Assembly (NCBI RefSeq): GCF_018977255.1
Contig: NW_024704760.1
Location: 2,914,001 to 2,978,000 of the forward strand
Length of the DNA stretch: 64,000 bases
Direction of reading: 5' to 3'
Origin: Callorhinchus milii
Taxonomy: Eukaryota
In this document: positions 10,584 through 25,500 of the stretch, in pieces
Position numbering within the stretch: position 1 is the first letter of the stretch
How the letters are laid out: each line of letters begins with the position of its first letter
The notes under the pieces: generated by a model
Databases searched by the model: none
What the model was told of the DNA's origin: nothing
Seen by the model: the letters and a program-made list of their open reading frames with translations, nothing else
Made by a program: the position numbers and the translations under genes

Positions 10584-13500
10584 CTATTCCAGAAGATCCT
10601 ATAACAAAAAAATGTTCAGTTTTAATGTGAGTTTTGATTCTACCGGACTGAACAAAATAAATTGTATTTATGCAGCTCCTTTCAAGTTGTGAGGACAACC
10701 CAAGGCGCTGGACAGTGAAGGGTTTGTATCCAAGCTGGGGGATGGAGTCAAGTAGGTGGAGTGCAAGGGGGGAGAAAGATGACCAAAGGCACGGTTGAAG
10801 AGGAAGAGCCTTGAAGGAGGGAAGGAAGTAGGTAGGTGGATGGGCTCCAAGATAGAGTTACAGAGGATGGAGGCAGAAAGGCCGATGGTGGTAGCGGGCA
10901 GGGCACATTCATGCGCCTTGTATATAAATTCTGAATTCCAATCCCATAATTCTGACAAGAGAATCTCACTTTTGAGGTGAAACATTTGCGATGAGGAAAG
11001 GGTACGATAGATTAATTCTAACTTTGTTTGAGAAGTTCAAATGGGCAAAAATATCTAACCAGATTCCTTACCTCATCAGAATCATCGTGGTATTCTGTTT
11101 TATTGGCAGTTACGTTAGTATCCAGTTCATCCACTGCATTGGCCTCAGCATGCTGCTTCAATACTGAGTAGCGATGCACCAAAAACCTGAACGCATGAAT
11201 AATGCAAAGTTTGAGACCATACCTGACTATCACTCGACAAGCAGCTTGTTTTAGTATGAGGAAATAGCTCTTATATAATAATCCTTGCATTTGATTTAGT
11301 GCCTTATCACGTCGGTGAGATGTCTCAAAGTGCTTCACAGAATAAACTGTAAAGTGAATTGACTGCATGTTGTGGGCGTATCTCTTCCACACAAAGGAAT
11401 CATACATCACAAACCCATGTCCTCACATTCTGTGAGCACAGCTGGTTGGTTATTTTTTTCAGTGTGCTGATGGGTAGTATCCCGTCAGCCAATAACCAAT
11501 TTTGCCATTAAATAAAAAAATGTTTAATCAGATTTACGCACAGAACAAAGGCAACATACGCACACACACACTATACACCGCCTTTAGTCTCCAGTGTGTC
11601 TGTCAGTCAGGCTATTACACCGCATAAAGTTATAAAGTGTCTTAAAGAAATAATTCACTATATTTTACAAAGCATAGAGAAATAAACACACTCAAAATGA
11701 ACGCTTACCTTCCACCGCACACATACTTCTTTATAACAATTGTTCCAACTATTAACAGTGCCAGTAATAATCCCATTACAATGGCAACGATTGGAATCAC
11801 CCTGGACCCTGAGGAATCAGCCTAAAATCAAACAAAAGAAATGTTAAGTTTCTGCTCAGAAAAAAATAATCGGATTTCCAAGACTTTAAACCAACCACTC
11901 CAGTTAAGAATTAGAGCAAAGATGATTTTGGGTGATTCTAATCTTTGGAAACTGTTCTCAACATCCTTCGCACTATGTTAGCTTTAAGTACTTAAAGGTC
12001 AGGTCAGATGCAGAGCAGGGCTTATTTCAGTCCCAAGAAAGCATCTTAACCCTCCTGGAGAAGAATTATTGCATCAGTTTTAAATTTTCATTCACATTTC
12101 AGGCAATACTATTTGACCCACAATGCAAAGTGAGGAGTGTGGATCAACATCACAGCTTGAAATGGGTATAATGCAAAAATCATCAATGAGCTCTGAAGTG
12201 TAACAAGAAGCATTTATATAGCACCCCTGACGTAGGGTAGCATTCCAGAGCACTTGACACGATGCTGAGCCGGGGGGGGGGGGTTGACTGGAGTTACGGT
12301 CGAAGTGGAAGGTCTTCAGGCGTGACCTGAAGTTGGGGAAGGAGGCGGCAAGGCGGAGGTATGGAGGGACAGTGTTCCAGATTTTTGGGGTGTAGTGGCT
12401 GAAGGCGCGGCCACCAATGGTGGAACGGAGGGCATGAGGGACAAGTAGGAGGCTTCTTCTCTTCCCATTCTGATAACTTACAATAAATTGGAGCAGTTCT
12501 TACCAGCTTTTCAGGGATCAGCAAGTTACTGATGCACTTTTTGCTAATGTCCTCCTCTGACCGATTCAGTTGTATACCTCCTTGACATTTGTCCCCTGGA
12601 ATTTTTCGGTACCTAAGAAACAGGTACTTGGTTTAATAAATCTTTCAATACAAGTATTTTTTTTTAAAAAGTGGACAAATTTAGAAAATGAAACAGTTTA
12701 ATTTGAAATAAAAGCTTGAAATGGAACACCAACAAAAAACTCTTCGGTGCACATTAATCTTTCGGATACATGCAACTAAATGATCACATAACACGAATCT
12801 TAGAAGTAAATAATTTTTTGTTTAAAGGGAATTCAGATAAAAATTGATCCAATTCAAGTCACAAAGTGGGATGTGTCCAATTGAAGCACACACATTTTAT
12901 TTATTAGAACCATCTGGATAAAGCCAGTTGAAATAAGATCAAGTAAATATCTTGGGCACAATAACCTGGCCACATTACCTAAGAATATTGCAAACAGCCA
13001 GGAATGATTCTATCCAATTCTAATTCTTCCACCATATGCAATTTGATTCACATAGGAAATGATAATGCATCAGGTAATTAGAGAAATACAACTTGAATAA
13101 GCCTGGACGTTTAAGATATACTGATGTCTTAAAATAAAATTCTCTTTAAGTCTCAATTAAAAAAACAAACAAACGCATTACCCAGTCGTCTTCAAGTTCT
13201 CTTTTTTTCCTTGTAAGCAGAATTCCAAGTCATGACCTTGCAAATCAGCCTGTTCCAGACATTTGGAGCTATTTTCTGGTCGATAGTATCCAAAATCACT
13301 GAAAAAATGTAAGTCAGTAAATTATTTAATTGCTTTGCAACCTCAAAGCAACATTGTCCACTCAATAATTGAATTTCCACCCTAAGCAGATCTAAACTCT
13401 CACATCATATTTCAGGCATGAACATCATATCAGATTGGCAGGTTCTCAACTAAGAAGAGTCCCAGACAATTTTCTATCTTTACACTATTGAATAATTAGC

Positions 13501-16500
13501 TGCTTTTGATACACCACCACTTTCCCAAATAAATGGTGGGAGCGGGAAAGGAACACATCAGTAAGTGAATGCTTTAAATGGCAAAAAACATTTGTACAGC
13601 ACCGTTCACGTCGGGAGGACATCCAAAAGCCCTGCACAGTCAAGGATGTGCACCCGAGCTGGGGGTTGGGATCAGGATGGGTGGAAGGCAAGGAGGGGTG
13701 GGTAGCCAGGTGACTGTAGGCGTGGTCGAAAAGGATGGTCTTGAGGTGTTAGAAAAAGAAACTGGAGTGGAGGGGGTTAGAAATTATACAACATTTCAGT
13801 TAAATACCTTACCACAAATAATCATCCAGAGTGCAAAGGCAAACATTAGGTTGTTTATTCACGATATAGTCACGCCCATTTCGGCAGAGGGAAGATTTTC
13901 GTAGGCGCTGGAACTTTTCTTTGAAACCCAACATGCAGCCATCATTAGGATCACTAACGTTGCTTGAATGTGCAAGCCACTGGATGTAATCATCATCACC
14001 ACCTGCAGAAGTAGCAGTGAAGTCATTTCAATGCACAGGATGCATTTACAGTAATGCTACAACAACAACAACTTGCATTTATATAGCACTCTTTGCGCGG
14101 GGTAGTGTCCCGGAGCGCGCTCGACAGTGGTGGAGTCTGACACCGAGCCAGGGAGAAAGGCGACCGTAAGTACGATCAAACAGCAAGGTCCTTAGGTGGG
14201 ATTTGAAAGTGGGAGGGAGGGGGCAAGGCAGAGGGATTGAGGGAGGGAGTTCCAGAGCTTCAAGGTTAGAGGGCTACCTACATATAACAGCACCACAAAT
14301 AAGAAATTACACTCACTTGAACAATACCAGACATTGATCTAAGCACTAAACTTTCATTATATTTGAAATGAAATATTAAAACAATAAATTGAGCCAAACA
14401 CAGAAGACAAACTGGAAACAGATACTTGTTTACCCACAATAAACAGCAAAAATTTTTAATTTAAAAAAATCACTAAAGTTATTAAACTAGGAAATCATTA
14501 GTCCATGCCTAATATTTAACTCCAAAGAAATAAACTCACAGTCCCGTGTAAGAAGTTCTTCAAAGTCGATGGTGATAGACACCCAGTGTTGTGTAATGAT
14601 GAAGTCAATATATCCCCAGATACTGACATTCATTGACTTGGCACCTGGTTCAGAAGCCAGGCCAGTAAATACAATGGGCTTGTCTATGAATTGGTATGTA
14701 TACCAACACTGACCTTCATCAATAGAAAATCTAAGAATCAAAAAGAACAGTGATGAAAAGGGTACGCATGGTGAAAATACGGTTATAAGGAAATATTTCA
14801 GTATGAACAGCAAGATCTCATTATTACCAAAGTCCCTTCTCCATCTCAGTTCCCTGGATCATGATAATAATCCATGCATTTGGTAATGTGCTTTTCATAT
14901 TGGGAGGACTTCCCAAAGCAATGCAAGACCTTAAAGAAGGTCAAAATAATCTATTCTCCTTTCTACTGAACACATGGAGAAACATAACACATAACCAAGT
15001 AACACTTACTTAATAACATTGACAGTGTTGTATAGATTCTGCTCAATTGCAACTATCAGGCCTCCTGAGTCCAAAATGGTGTAGTGATGAGGTCCCTTAA
15101 GAGCTTTAAACCAAGAATATCCACCATCATCTGATATGTATACATCAGGTGTCATAACAGAAATTGCATCGCCAACACTGCCTAAAAGAGAAAACATTAA
15201 AGTAATTAAACTTAACGAAAAACTAAACTTCAAAAAGCAATTCTAATCAAAAATAGTTGCCTGTTTTTTCCCCTGAACTATTGCGTTGATTTTTAGTGTG
15301 CTGTATCAGCTTTGGATCAAATGAGAAAACAGCAATACGGACCAAATATATTCCGCTCTACTATGAGTGCTTATAAATGTAAACAGTAAAAGAATATATG
15401 TGGCCTTGCAAAATGAGTCTTTGTAAATAAATAATGTTTTACAAAAGGACTAAAATGGTTCACTTTGCAACACCAGCAGATTAGTTTGATGCTTTCTAAA
15501 CGGATTAACTCATTGTTTAACCTCAAGTTAATCTTAAAGTGTTAAAAGTTCAAGAAAATCTGTCAGGTATTAAAATGTAAGCACAGATGACTCCTGCAAT
15601 GCCAAGTTTCAAATCTTGGCCAAAGGTTTACAGGGGGTAAACTTTCAAAAGGCAACAAGATACAGTCGATTGGTTCATTACAGAGGAGAACTCACACAAG
15701 CAGACTGTACTCAGCATTTATTGCCAAGGGATTTATTTTGAGGGAGGGACAGAACAATGCTAGATATCCTCACTGAAAAACCAAGAGGTTACTCAAGAAT
15801 AGGACTGGGCTACTTTGAAGAATGGATAAAGGACACTCGGGAGAAGAAGGAAACTGAATGGAATAGCCTTCTCCATAAAAGTGCACCTCCTCCAAACAAT
15901 CAAAGTAGCCAAGAAGGACTCTGCAGTTCAGAGGGCTGTTACATTTAATTGAGATAGATGCAACAATTTGATTTAAACTAAGAAATTAAAGAAAAAAACA
16001 GTATGTGGGTGGGTGAAAGAGGAAAGAAGCTCCTACAATTAAGAATTCAGTATTCAAGTTGTTTTTAAATAAAAAAAGTTATAGGTTAATGCAACATGAC
16101 TAAATGTGATGCAACAAAACAAAGGAACTAATGATTCTCCAAACAGCAAGCTATTTTCTCAGCCAAGCTTTCAAGGCAAAGTACACAAGCAGCAAATCAT
16201 CTCTAAGCAGATCATAGGGTTTTGTTTTTATGCGGTTACTTTGGCAAGCAGCTAGACCAACACTGATAGCAGCCATCAATTAGCATGTCATCTGCCTTTG
16301 CCATTCATCGTGAGAAGGTTTAACAAGAGGTTACTGTGTGAAACCATTTAAAAACACACAAAACAAGTTATTTGAAAATAGATGGCGGACAATGTGACTT
16401 TTAGAGCCCATCCACTAACATTTTGAAGAATACGTTGGTTTCATTAAACATAAAAGTATAGGAAATACGTCATAAAATTAAGGAAAAAAGTCAGATACGA

Positions 16501-19500
16501 GTTTCATACCGTGTGCTATGAGGATGCCCACTGCATTTGGCTCTGACAATGGTAGCATAGGCACGTTCAGTTTCTGGGAAGTGCTATAGGACGCGTGGAT
16601 ATGTAGACTACACTGTGGAGATTCGATTCACATTAGAACAGATTAGATTAGAACAGCCATTATAAGTAAAGTTAATATCAGAATGCCTTAAGAGATTTAG
16701 GGAACTGAAATATTAGAAAATGTATTCAATTCTATAAAGCAACTTCAAATAGTTATTGGACAATGCCGCACAAAAAGTTTTTTCACTACATAAATTTGCG
16801 AAAATGTAGTTGTACATTATATATTGTAAAAACAATTTAAAAACAACTTAGAGCCACCTAAGCATGAACAAACAAAAATGTAGTTGTACATTATATATTG
16901 TAAAAACAATTTAAATCACATTTAATGCATAATAAACCTTGCATTTGATATGGCGCCTTATCACTTTGTTGTACCACTTCAAAATGCCTAACAGGATTTA
17001 CTGTAAAGTGCACTGTATTTTGTAGGCGAACATGGCAGCCAATGTGCATACAGCAACGCCCCACAAACAGCAGTGACTTGAATGACCAATTTAATCAGGA
17101 TTGTTGGCCAGGACACAAGGAGAAACTCCCTTCTCTACACAATTGAAGACACTAGCGAAAATGCAGAAATACTAATGTAGTCAGACAAGCGCAAATCTCA
17201 GGGTTTCTAATTTAAAAGAAGAGGGGTAGGAGAAGAAAACCATACAAGATCCTTGAATTAAAGCAAACTGTTAATTATCTGTGTCACTTTAAACTCACCT
17301 CATCTTGGTTTTTGGCGGTTGAATCACAATCGCTGTACTCTGGTTTCCGCAAGGGTTTCCATTCTCCTCCTCTATCAAACGTAATCACTGACTGAACAGA
17401 GCCATCTAAGCATGAACAAACAAAAATGAATGGTCTTGAAGTCAAGCTAAAAGTGTTACACCAAATTTATTTGAAACCTAAAAATAGCACAATTATCGCC
17501 CAGGTCGTTTCAGCAATAATGGTAAAGTTCAAACTCAGTTGCTACTTCAACCTACGGGTTTTTAATGTCCAAACTCAGTTTCACCTACTTCACCTAATCA
17601 CTTCTTGAATATAATTAGTCTACTACAAGATGGAGCTTGGCTTTTCACAAAGTCATTTGAGACCAAACAAGATCAGGCACCAATGAACAGAGCGACTTTT
17701 TTTAAAAAAATGGCACAAATTCTTCAGGTTTTTCAGGATATATTATTTCCAATTTTGATGTCATGAAAAGCACAGATGTTCAGACTTTGTCAATGGAATA
17801 AGCATGACCCCTTAAAAAGCAACATGCAATTATATAACGCCCTTCAAGGTAGTGTCTTGAAGCACTTAAAAAAAATCCTTACTCACCTTCAGCAAGTACA
17901 CTAGTAAGATACACTCCACGTAGTGAAGTGACGTTAGTGAAATCTGTCTCGCCTCCAGTTGTCGTGTACAAGTGTCTCTCCAGAGATTTCGAATAGAGGA
18001 TTCCACGATCATCCGAAACGTAGATTGTGCCGAAGCCGGTATCTAAAAGAAAATAATATTTGTTAACGGTGTGGCATTTATGAATTAAACATTTCACATT
18101 TTAGCCTTACATTTGTATTCATAACCAGCAACACCTGTGTGCCTCTCCCTTCTGTCGCCAATGTAAAAGCCAAGCTGTTGCAATCAATTTTGATTGAAGT
18201 CCAATGTTTTATTATTTGCAACCATTGTTTAAGCATCTGGTTCTGATATTTACTGGCACAAAGATTTACAGCTCTGACAGTGCGAGGGAGCTGAATTAAC
18301 AGCGTTACAATCAACTCCAGGGCACTTTAAGCTCTGTGCATGTTAATTAAATTCTCTGATATCATTAAATCTTACCAACTCACAAAGGCATTGTTCTCTG
18401 AAATCATCAGCATTCAGGGTTATAAACAATGAAAACCTACCCAACAAAGGCTTACCCCACTCACTTCCCTCAAAAAGAATATCAACAGTTTATCCTCCTT
18501 ATCTAAAAATATGGATTTATTTTGTTTCAAAGTTGTGACAATGAAATTTCTCTTTTAAGAATGCATATAAAAAGAGGTGTGCTCCTATTAGTACAACTTA
18601 TCGGATCTGAATAACATCTAGTACAAAGACTTACCGCCGGGTTCGTCAACATGCATGAATACCATGTCATCATTTGCAGCCAGTATGGAGTAGAACTGTT
18701 CAGCACTAACGTGGGGCAACTGTGCCATATTCCAAGTCTCTCCAAGATCCATGGACACATGGATTGCCCTTAAACTGACCTACACAATGACAATATAATC
18801 AAAACATTTTCTCATCAGTACGTTGGTGGAGACCTGTTAAGATTACAGAACAAAATCAAAACCAACTAACACGATTGTTAAACATTTTAAATGTACAAAT
18901 CTGCATAATTTAGGAGCCTGACGAGGAGACGTGTAAAGACAGGATACTGTAAAATGCAAGTTTGTTCTTGCTGCCTGTACTTATTTTCCCCCTTTCATCT
19001 TAACGGTGGCAAATGGTCACGACTGGCAGCACCAACCAATTCTCCTTTACACGTTTTATTTAAAGATTAAATCACTAACAAAGATCATCCACAACACTTT
19101 TTTGAAACGTACAGAAATCTTTATATTTTCTGTGGGCCAGAAAGCCTACAACTCTGGTAGCAAAGGGAACTCGAGAGTCAATTCTTCTAGACTGAATTAA
19201 ATATACATTTGTTTCTGAACTTAACATTGCACATATGCAGTTTCTCTCACAATCATTAATTGTGATTGTGTTGATCAGCACTGAAGTATGCAGTGTCTGA
19301 ATATTTTAAAATCATTATCTGGTCACAATGATCATCAATACCAGACTTCATGCCATATTCAATGGAATCTGGGTAGGAAAAGGCTAAGGCTTAAAGGGAG
19401 GTATGCATCCAACTAACAATATGTGTATACTATATATATGTGTATATATTCAGGATAGTTATTTGGGTATTAAACCATGATCCCTATTTTGAGTTTACCT

Positions 19501-22500
19501 TGTCGGTCATAACTGATGCGAAGAGGAAACGTCCTCCCAATCCAAAAGAGTAAATCTTTGATCCAATAACCTTGAATGTTTTTCCCAAGTCATCAGTTCT
19601 TTTAAGGTCCAACAGCCCCCTGGCAACTGAAAACAATATACAGTAGTACAATGTTGTGTTGTAATATCATCGTGATCAGTTATGAGACTCATCAGAACTA
19701 GTTTCCACGCTGTGAAATGTTTTTCCTAAAGTGATGTTGGTTAACAATGTAACCAGTTTCCAGGGTATTCTTAATTTAGACTTCTTGTCTCTAGAAAGAT
19801 CTGACGTGGTTTTTCAACAACTGGCTTGCTCATGTAGTGGCAAAGTATAGCTTTTAATATCAGACTCGGTAGAATTGTTAATTAGCTATCTTTAAGATGA
19901 CTGCAAATTATGTCTAAACAATAGAAGCCAAGATTTAAATGTGAAGTATCCGTATTACTTACTACAAGAGCCATTAGCATGTGTTGTGAAGAATATTGCA
20001 TCATTTGGCCCCCTGGAATTAAAAAGAAGACAATTAGAAATTCACTGCAAAAACTGTCAGAAACTATTTTTTTTGCAGATGGATTCAGTTGCTTTTTTTA
20101 AAAAAAAGTAGTATGAACAGGAAGTAGCTGGCACTAAATGCAGACATCATTGCAAGGCTGAAAGATGAACTCCCCCCCAACTATTAATGAGTAATTAATG
20201 GAGTCTACCCCACCCCATATATTCCATTTCCATTATATCTATGCAGCATGGAGGCCATCAAACACTGATGCAGGATAAAGAGCACACATCTTGGTTTCTG
20301 AATTGTGAACATATATAATCATGAATAAGTTACTGTAAGCAAGCTTTATTAAACTTACCACTTAACAAGACAGACAAAGTTATGAATTTCCTTCCACGTT
20401 TCACCGAAATTGGAGGAAAGCCACAAAACGTTCTGGAATATTGCAAAAAGTTCAAAGAAAGAAATGTTAGTTGCAGTCAATAACAGCACAGATAGGCCGA
20501 TTGTGAATTTTCTTATACAGTCAATAGATCCTTTCTGCAACTCATTTACATAACATTTTCAAAGTAATACGTGTTTTGTTATTACTTGAGCACAAGTGAG
20601 TAATAATTTGTAAAATTCAATTATCTAGTAAAAGGGGTTTAGGCAGTCTCAACAGACAACACACACATTGAGCTGACTCACGATCGAGTCATCTCTGATA
20701 ATAAAAATACTAAACTGTTCGATTTTCAGACTGTCTTTCAGAAGAAATCTAAATCCAGTCTAATATCCTGCATTCCAGACAACTAAGGCAAAGTAATTTT
20801 TTAAAAAGCTGTCTCTAACCTGTGGTATGAACAGAATAAACAAGGAAGTACTATGCACTTTAGTTTATTAGGAACTTATGACCCTTTTCAGAAGTATAGT
20901 CCAAAAGTTTCTGTGCTGTTTGCTAAGTCTTGCTAATTTTATTATTTATTTTTAGCAGCTTGCTAATTTTATTACATGAACCTGCATAAGATTCACAATC
21001 GAGATCAATACAGTGAATAGAAAACTAATGGTCAAAGCCTTCTGAGGTTTAAATAGCATATTAGCAGTTTTATTTTTAAATATACTTACATTTTTGCTTA
21101 ATGCTAACAGGTGTTCAGAATTGGTGGGATGGTAAATGATTTGAATTAGTGGGTGAAAAGGAAGATTCGTTGGGGCAAAATTCTTTCCAAAATCACTGGA
21201 TCGGAAAATCCTTCCTCCACTCTTTCCAGAGACATCAGCTGTAAGAATTACCTGAAGGTCAGTCACAGGAAGAGAGTTTCATTATTAAAAAAAAGGAATT
21301 TCATCACTTTTGAATGATGTTTAAAGAACAATTTAAGGACCATCTATATCTGCACCAATCAGCAGTTTAAGAACATGAACACCAGATTAAGTCAATCCCA
21401 TGGAAAAATGCTGCAACAGCAATTGCATATACTGGAATTTCATAGATAGTCAGTGAATATACTAACAAAGAAAACGTTTTACCTTGCCAGAGTTCTCTGG
21501 GCCAATAGCAATTCCAAATTCCGTGCGAATGAAGGTGTTATTGATGAGTTGCGTCACATCGGTAAAGTTCTTTCCATAATTCTCACTGAAAGAAAAATAT
21601 TAACAAATAAAATATTACCAAAGTTTTATTTTGAATGCAGCAACTAGAACATTGCAAGTACTGGGTTTCCAATGGCATGTTGAGACGTTTCAATGTGATA
21701 AGGCACTATATCAAGAGCAAGGATTATTTGAATAGTAGTAACTCAGAATTTAAGTCATGTGAAACTATTTGCTTTATACTGACTGAAAGAAAAATTAAGA
21801 TTTCTTTTCACAATAATGGGCATAATGAAGGCAGCAGGTTGAGATGATGGGAAATAAAAAAGGGGATTGACAGAGAGGATGGGAACCAAAGACGGGAGAA
21901 AAGACCAAACACCAAGTTTCACCCACAAAGTATACAGTCAATTCACTTCACAGTATATTCTTGAAGACGTGATAAGGTGCTATATCAAATGCAAGGATTA
22001 TTATTATGACATACATTACCTTCTGTAGAGCCTTGACTGTCCGAAGCGGATTCCTTGGAATGGCAACTGAAAAGTTGTTAAAGCCAAAAGGACCTGTGAA
22101 TAAAAAAAACTTAAATAAATAACTTAAAAATGTGTTAATTTTTGCCCTATGCTAAGTTAGCTGATCTCAGCTGGGGCAATACGAAAAACACGAAAATTAA
22201 GCTCAGGGTGCTGTGGTTTGAGGGTGGGGGAAGGAGAGAGAAAATTAGCTACAATTCACACTTACTGGAACTATGGATGTAGGTAAAGACAGGATCAGAT
22301 AAACAGCCCATCAATACTAACTAACAATACTCTGACATTAGCACTTAGATGAGGTATAGAAGAATAGTGCTCAGCAAATAATAATTCAATGACAAACAAG
22401 AGTCAAATGCCGGCAAGAGCAAGAGAGGGGAGCAGATTATTATTTATGCTGATTATTATTGAAGTAAAGTGGTCAGTAAACTGCCGTCTGGATATATAAA

Positions 22501-25500
22501 ATCATTACTATCTCCAGACAAAATATTGCGTCAGAGCCAGAAAGACAAAGCTCAGATTCTATCGCAAGACCAGATCAGTTTCCACATTAACAGCACTGCT
22601 GTGTAGTGTAATGCTTGCTCATCTTACACTGCACACTAGCTTTCATGGCAGTTTGAAACAAAAGCCAAAATAGTGTCCATAGGATTGGAGGTGGGGGTAT
22701 GTGACGAGGTACAAATGCACTAAACATTTGAAAGGTCCCTCCAACAATCATGATTTTCATGATTGCTGATCTATGCTGAAAAAGCAAAATAGAGATTATG
22801 CCGAATACTTACACCAGTCCCATCCCCAACCCAAGCCAAGGTTACAGATCCACTCAGATCCACAAATTCATACTGAAAAATAAAAATGTTAATTCGAAAT
22901 TACAAAGCAGAACTTGTGTTTTACCACTATTAAACATGTTGATTCTGAAGCAACATTTTTTGACTGTTAAACACAATGGTACATTTGTGAATTTATCTTT
23001 ACAAAAAATAATCTAGTTTACTATAGCTTACTAAATGCACCATATTTATTTTAAACAGCTATATACCTGGTGTGAACCAGAACATGAATCTTTGATTGAA
23101 TAGAATTTAAGTACTGTATCATCTGTTCTGCTAAATAAGTATTTGGATTACCAATCTGTCATTTTTCTATGCTGTTCCACTTCAATATCTGGCCACAGAT
23201 AAGGCAAGCATGTGGCTTAACTAAATTAAGTGCTGACATTTAGAATTTGGACAGATTATCTACAGTATACAATATTGTATGCTTGAAAAATAAACACTCA
23301 TGCAATACGTTGTTATACAGTCAAATAAAACAAGTGGGACAAAAAATGCTCAATTCAGCAAAGAAACAAGAAACTTCAAATCTTTTTGGCTGGCAAGCAA
23401 GGATTATTTTTATCTACACCCTTTGAGAACTTTTATCATAGAACTTTATACTAAATAATAATAAACCTTGCATTTGACATAGCACTTTTCATGAGACGTT
23501 GTCTGGATGTCTCAAAGTGCTTCACAGACTATGCCGTAAAGTGAATTAACTGCATGTTTGTGGAGGAAACATGGCAGCCAATTGGGCAAGCAGTGTCCCA
23601 CAAACAGTCTTGGATTAAAGTGACCAATTTCTTTTTGTTTTTTTTCTTGAGGGATTATTATCAGGCATGTGGAGTAAGGAAACTTGCCCAAAGTTTCGCC
23701 CTGCCAGGAATTAAACCCAGGTCTCTCGCTTGCGAGACGAGGGCTCTAACCACTGAGCTACACGACTCCACGCCTTTCCACTTTAATAGAACAATCTCCT
23801 AACCCAGATGAATCACAATTACTTAGATCAAAAAAAGTACCAAACAGAAAGATCACTGTACATCTGTATGTCCAAATAAAGGTTACATAGCATAACAAAT
23901 TTATTGCCAATACGTGGAACAATCCTATAATAAATAAGGGTTATGAAGCTTTCACTCAAGAATGCATTAATCTTGAACACAGTTTATATTTTTAAAACTT
24001 TTAGGAGCATTTAAAACTTATGATGCTATAAAGGAACAGCAATTTCAGATCACTATCATAAATGCCCTCTTAAATTTTCTTTAATAAGTAAAAAAAAGCT
24101 ATCGGAGGCTGTACATGCAGTAACAAATTATTTTGTATACGAATGGGTAGCTTTTTGTTCATGGTGAGTGGACACAAAAGAAAGTCCACCTCAAACTGGA
24201 GCTGGTAAGTTTGATACACGGATATTTCTGGTTGGATACAAGCTAAAAAGCTAAAATAGCTCAATTCGTTAATTCATCTTTCATCATAACGCAACAGATG
24301 CTTTTGCAATGTGATTACATCCGCTAAACTAAATGTATTACAGATTCAAACTGAGCCTCAAACACAGAGATACTGGCGCAGTTTCAGCTATTATTGCGAC
24401 AGTAATTCAAAACCCAGTTTGATAATTCGTCATTGGCAAGATCCAAAGTTGCCATATTTTGAGAATGTTTGGATTGTATTGTTGATGATATGAAAATTTG
24501 GGGCATTCATTTAAAACATACAGTCAAGATGCAACATTACTAGTCAGGGGTGAAATGGCGGAGTGTACAACAAACCACATGCAAATGCTGACACGTGACA
24601 GACTTAAAACTTAGCTGTTAGAAAACATTGGGAACTGCACTATTTTTAAGTTCCGATGCACACTCAAACACATCACCCAGAGTGGAGGAACTTAAAGCTA
24701 ACGTAGGAATGCCATAAAGTAAAGGAAACGTGTCATGACTTGGAAAAGTTTTAAACTCTTATGACATGATTTTCTAAGTGCATCCAGTAATGTCCGGTTC
24801 GAAGCAGAAATGAACACAGTGCTCTAAAACTTGGTCAACCATAATGGTACCTAGTTCTGCCATTAATTTTCCCCATTAACGTGTAAGGCAGTGGTGCCAA
24901 TCCTTGGTCTGTATTCATCCTTGGGGATTCATTAATTATTATGGGAACTTGGACATCTCAAATGATATCTCATACACTTGGCTGAATTTCAACATCTGGC
25001 AGTAGCTCGCTTTCAGAAAAGTTAACCAAAGGGATCATCAGTAAGATTTAGACTAATCCCCACTGTGCTAGGCAGATACAAGTTTTATTTTGCACTAGGC
25101 ACATCTCGTGTTTTATTTTAAAATGAGCAGACATTTGTCTCAGCGAGGGATTTCTGACTTGGAACACTCCCATCTTTCATTGGTGGCAGGATTCTGTAAG
25201 CGTGGAAATAATAATTTTGCCCCCAGTATTAGAAATAAATTCCTTTATACTTTGAAGATGATGTTATGCTTTGCTCACTTTACCCGTGCCCACTTTTGGG
25301 ATACAAGTAATAAAATAAGTGCTTACACCATGCACAAGTTGGATTTGCAAATCTTTACGCTGAAGCCCACAACACATAATTGCATCCCTAAATACTGTTA
25401 AAAGCTGAAGCTAAAAGAAGACATTACAAGAGAAAAATGTGACCCAAGTAGTGATACAAGGTTAACATAACATAAAACGTATGGTCAAGTGCCCTTGAGT

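Noticed and set aside
21781-21800. 14-nt match (ACTGAAAGAAAAAT) to the SORT1 exon 4 acceptor region
   Set aside because: Too short and low-complexity to separate from chance, unlike the 31-nt copy at 16850.
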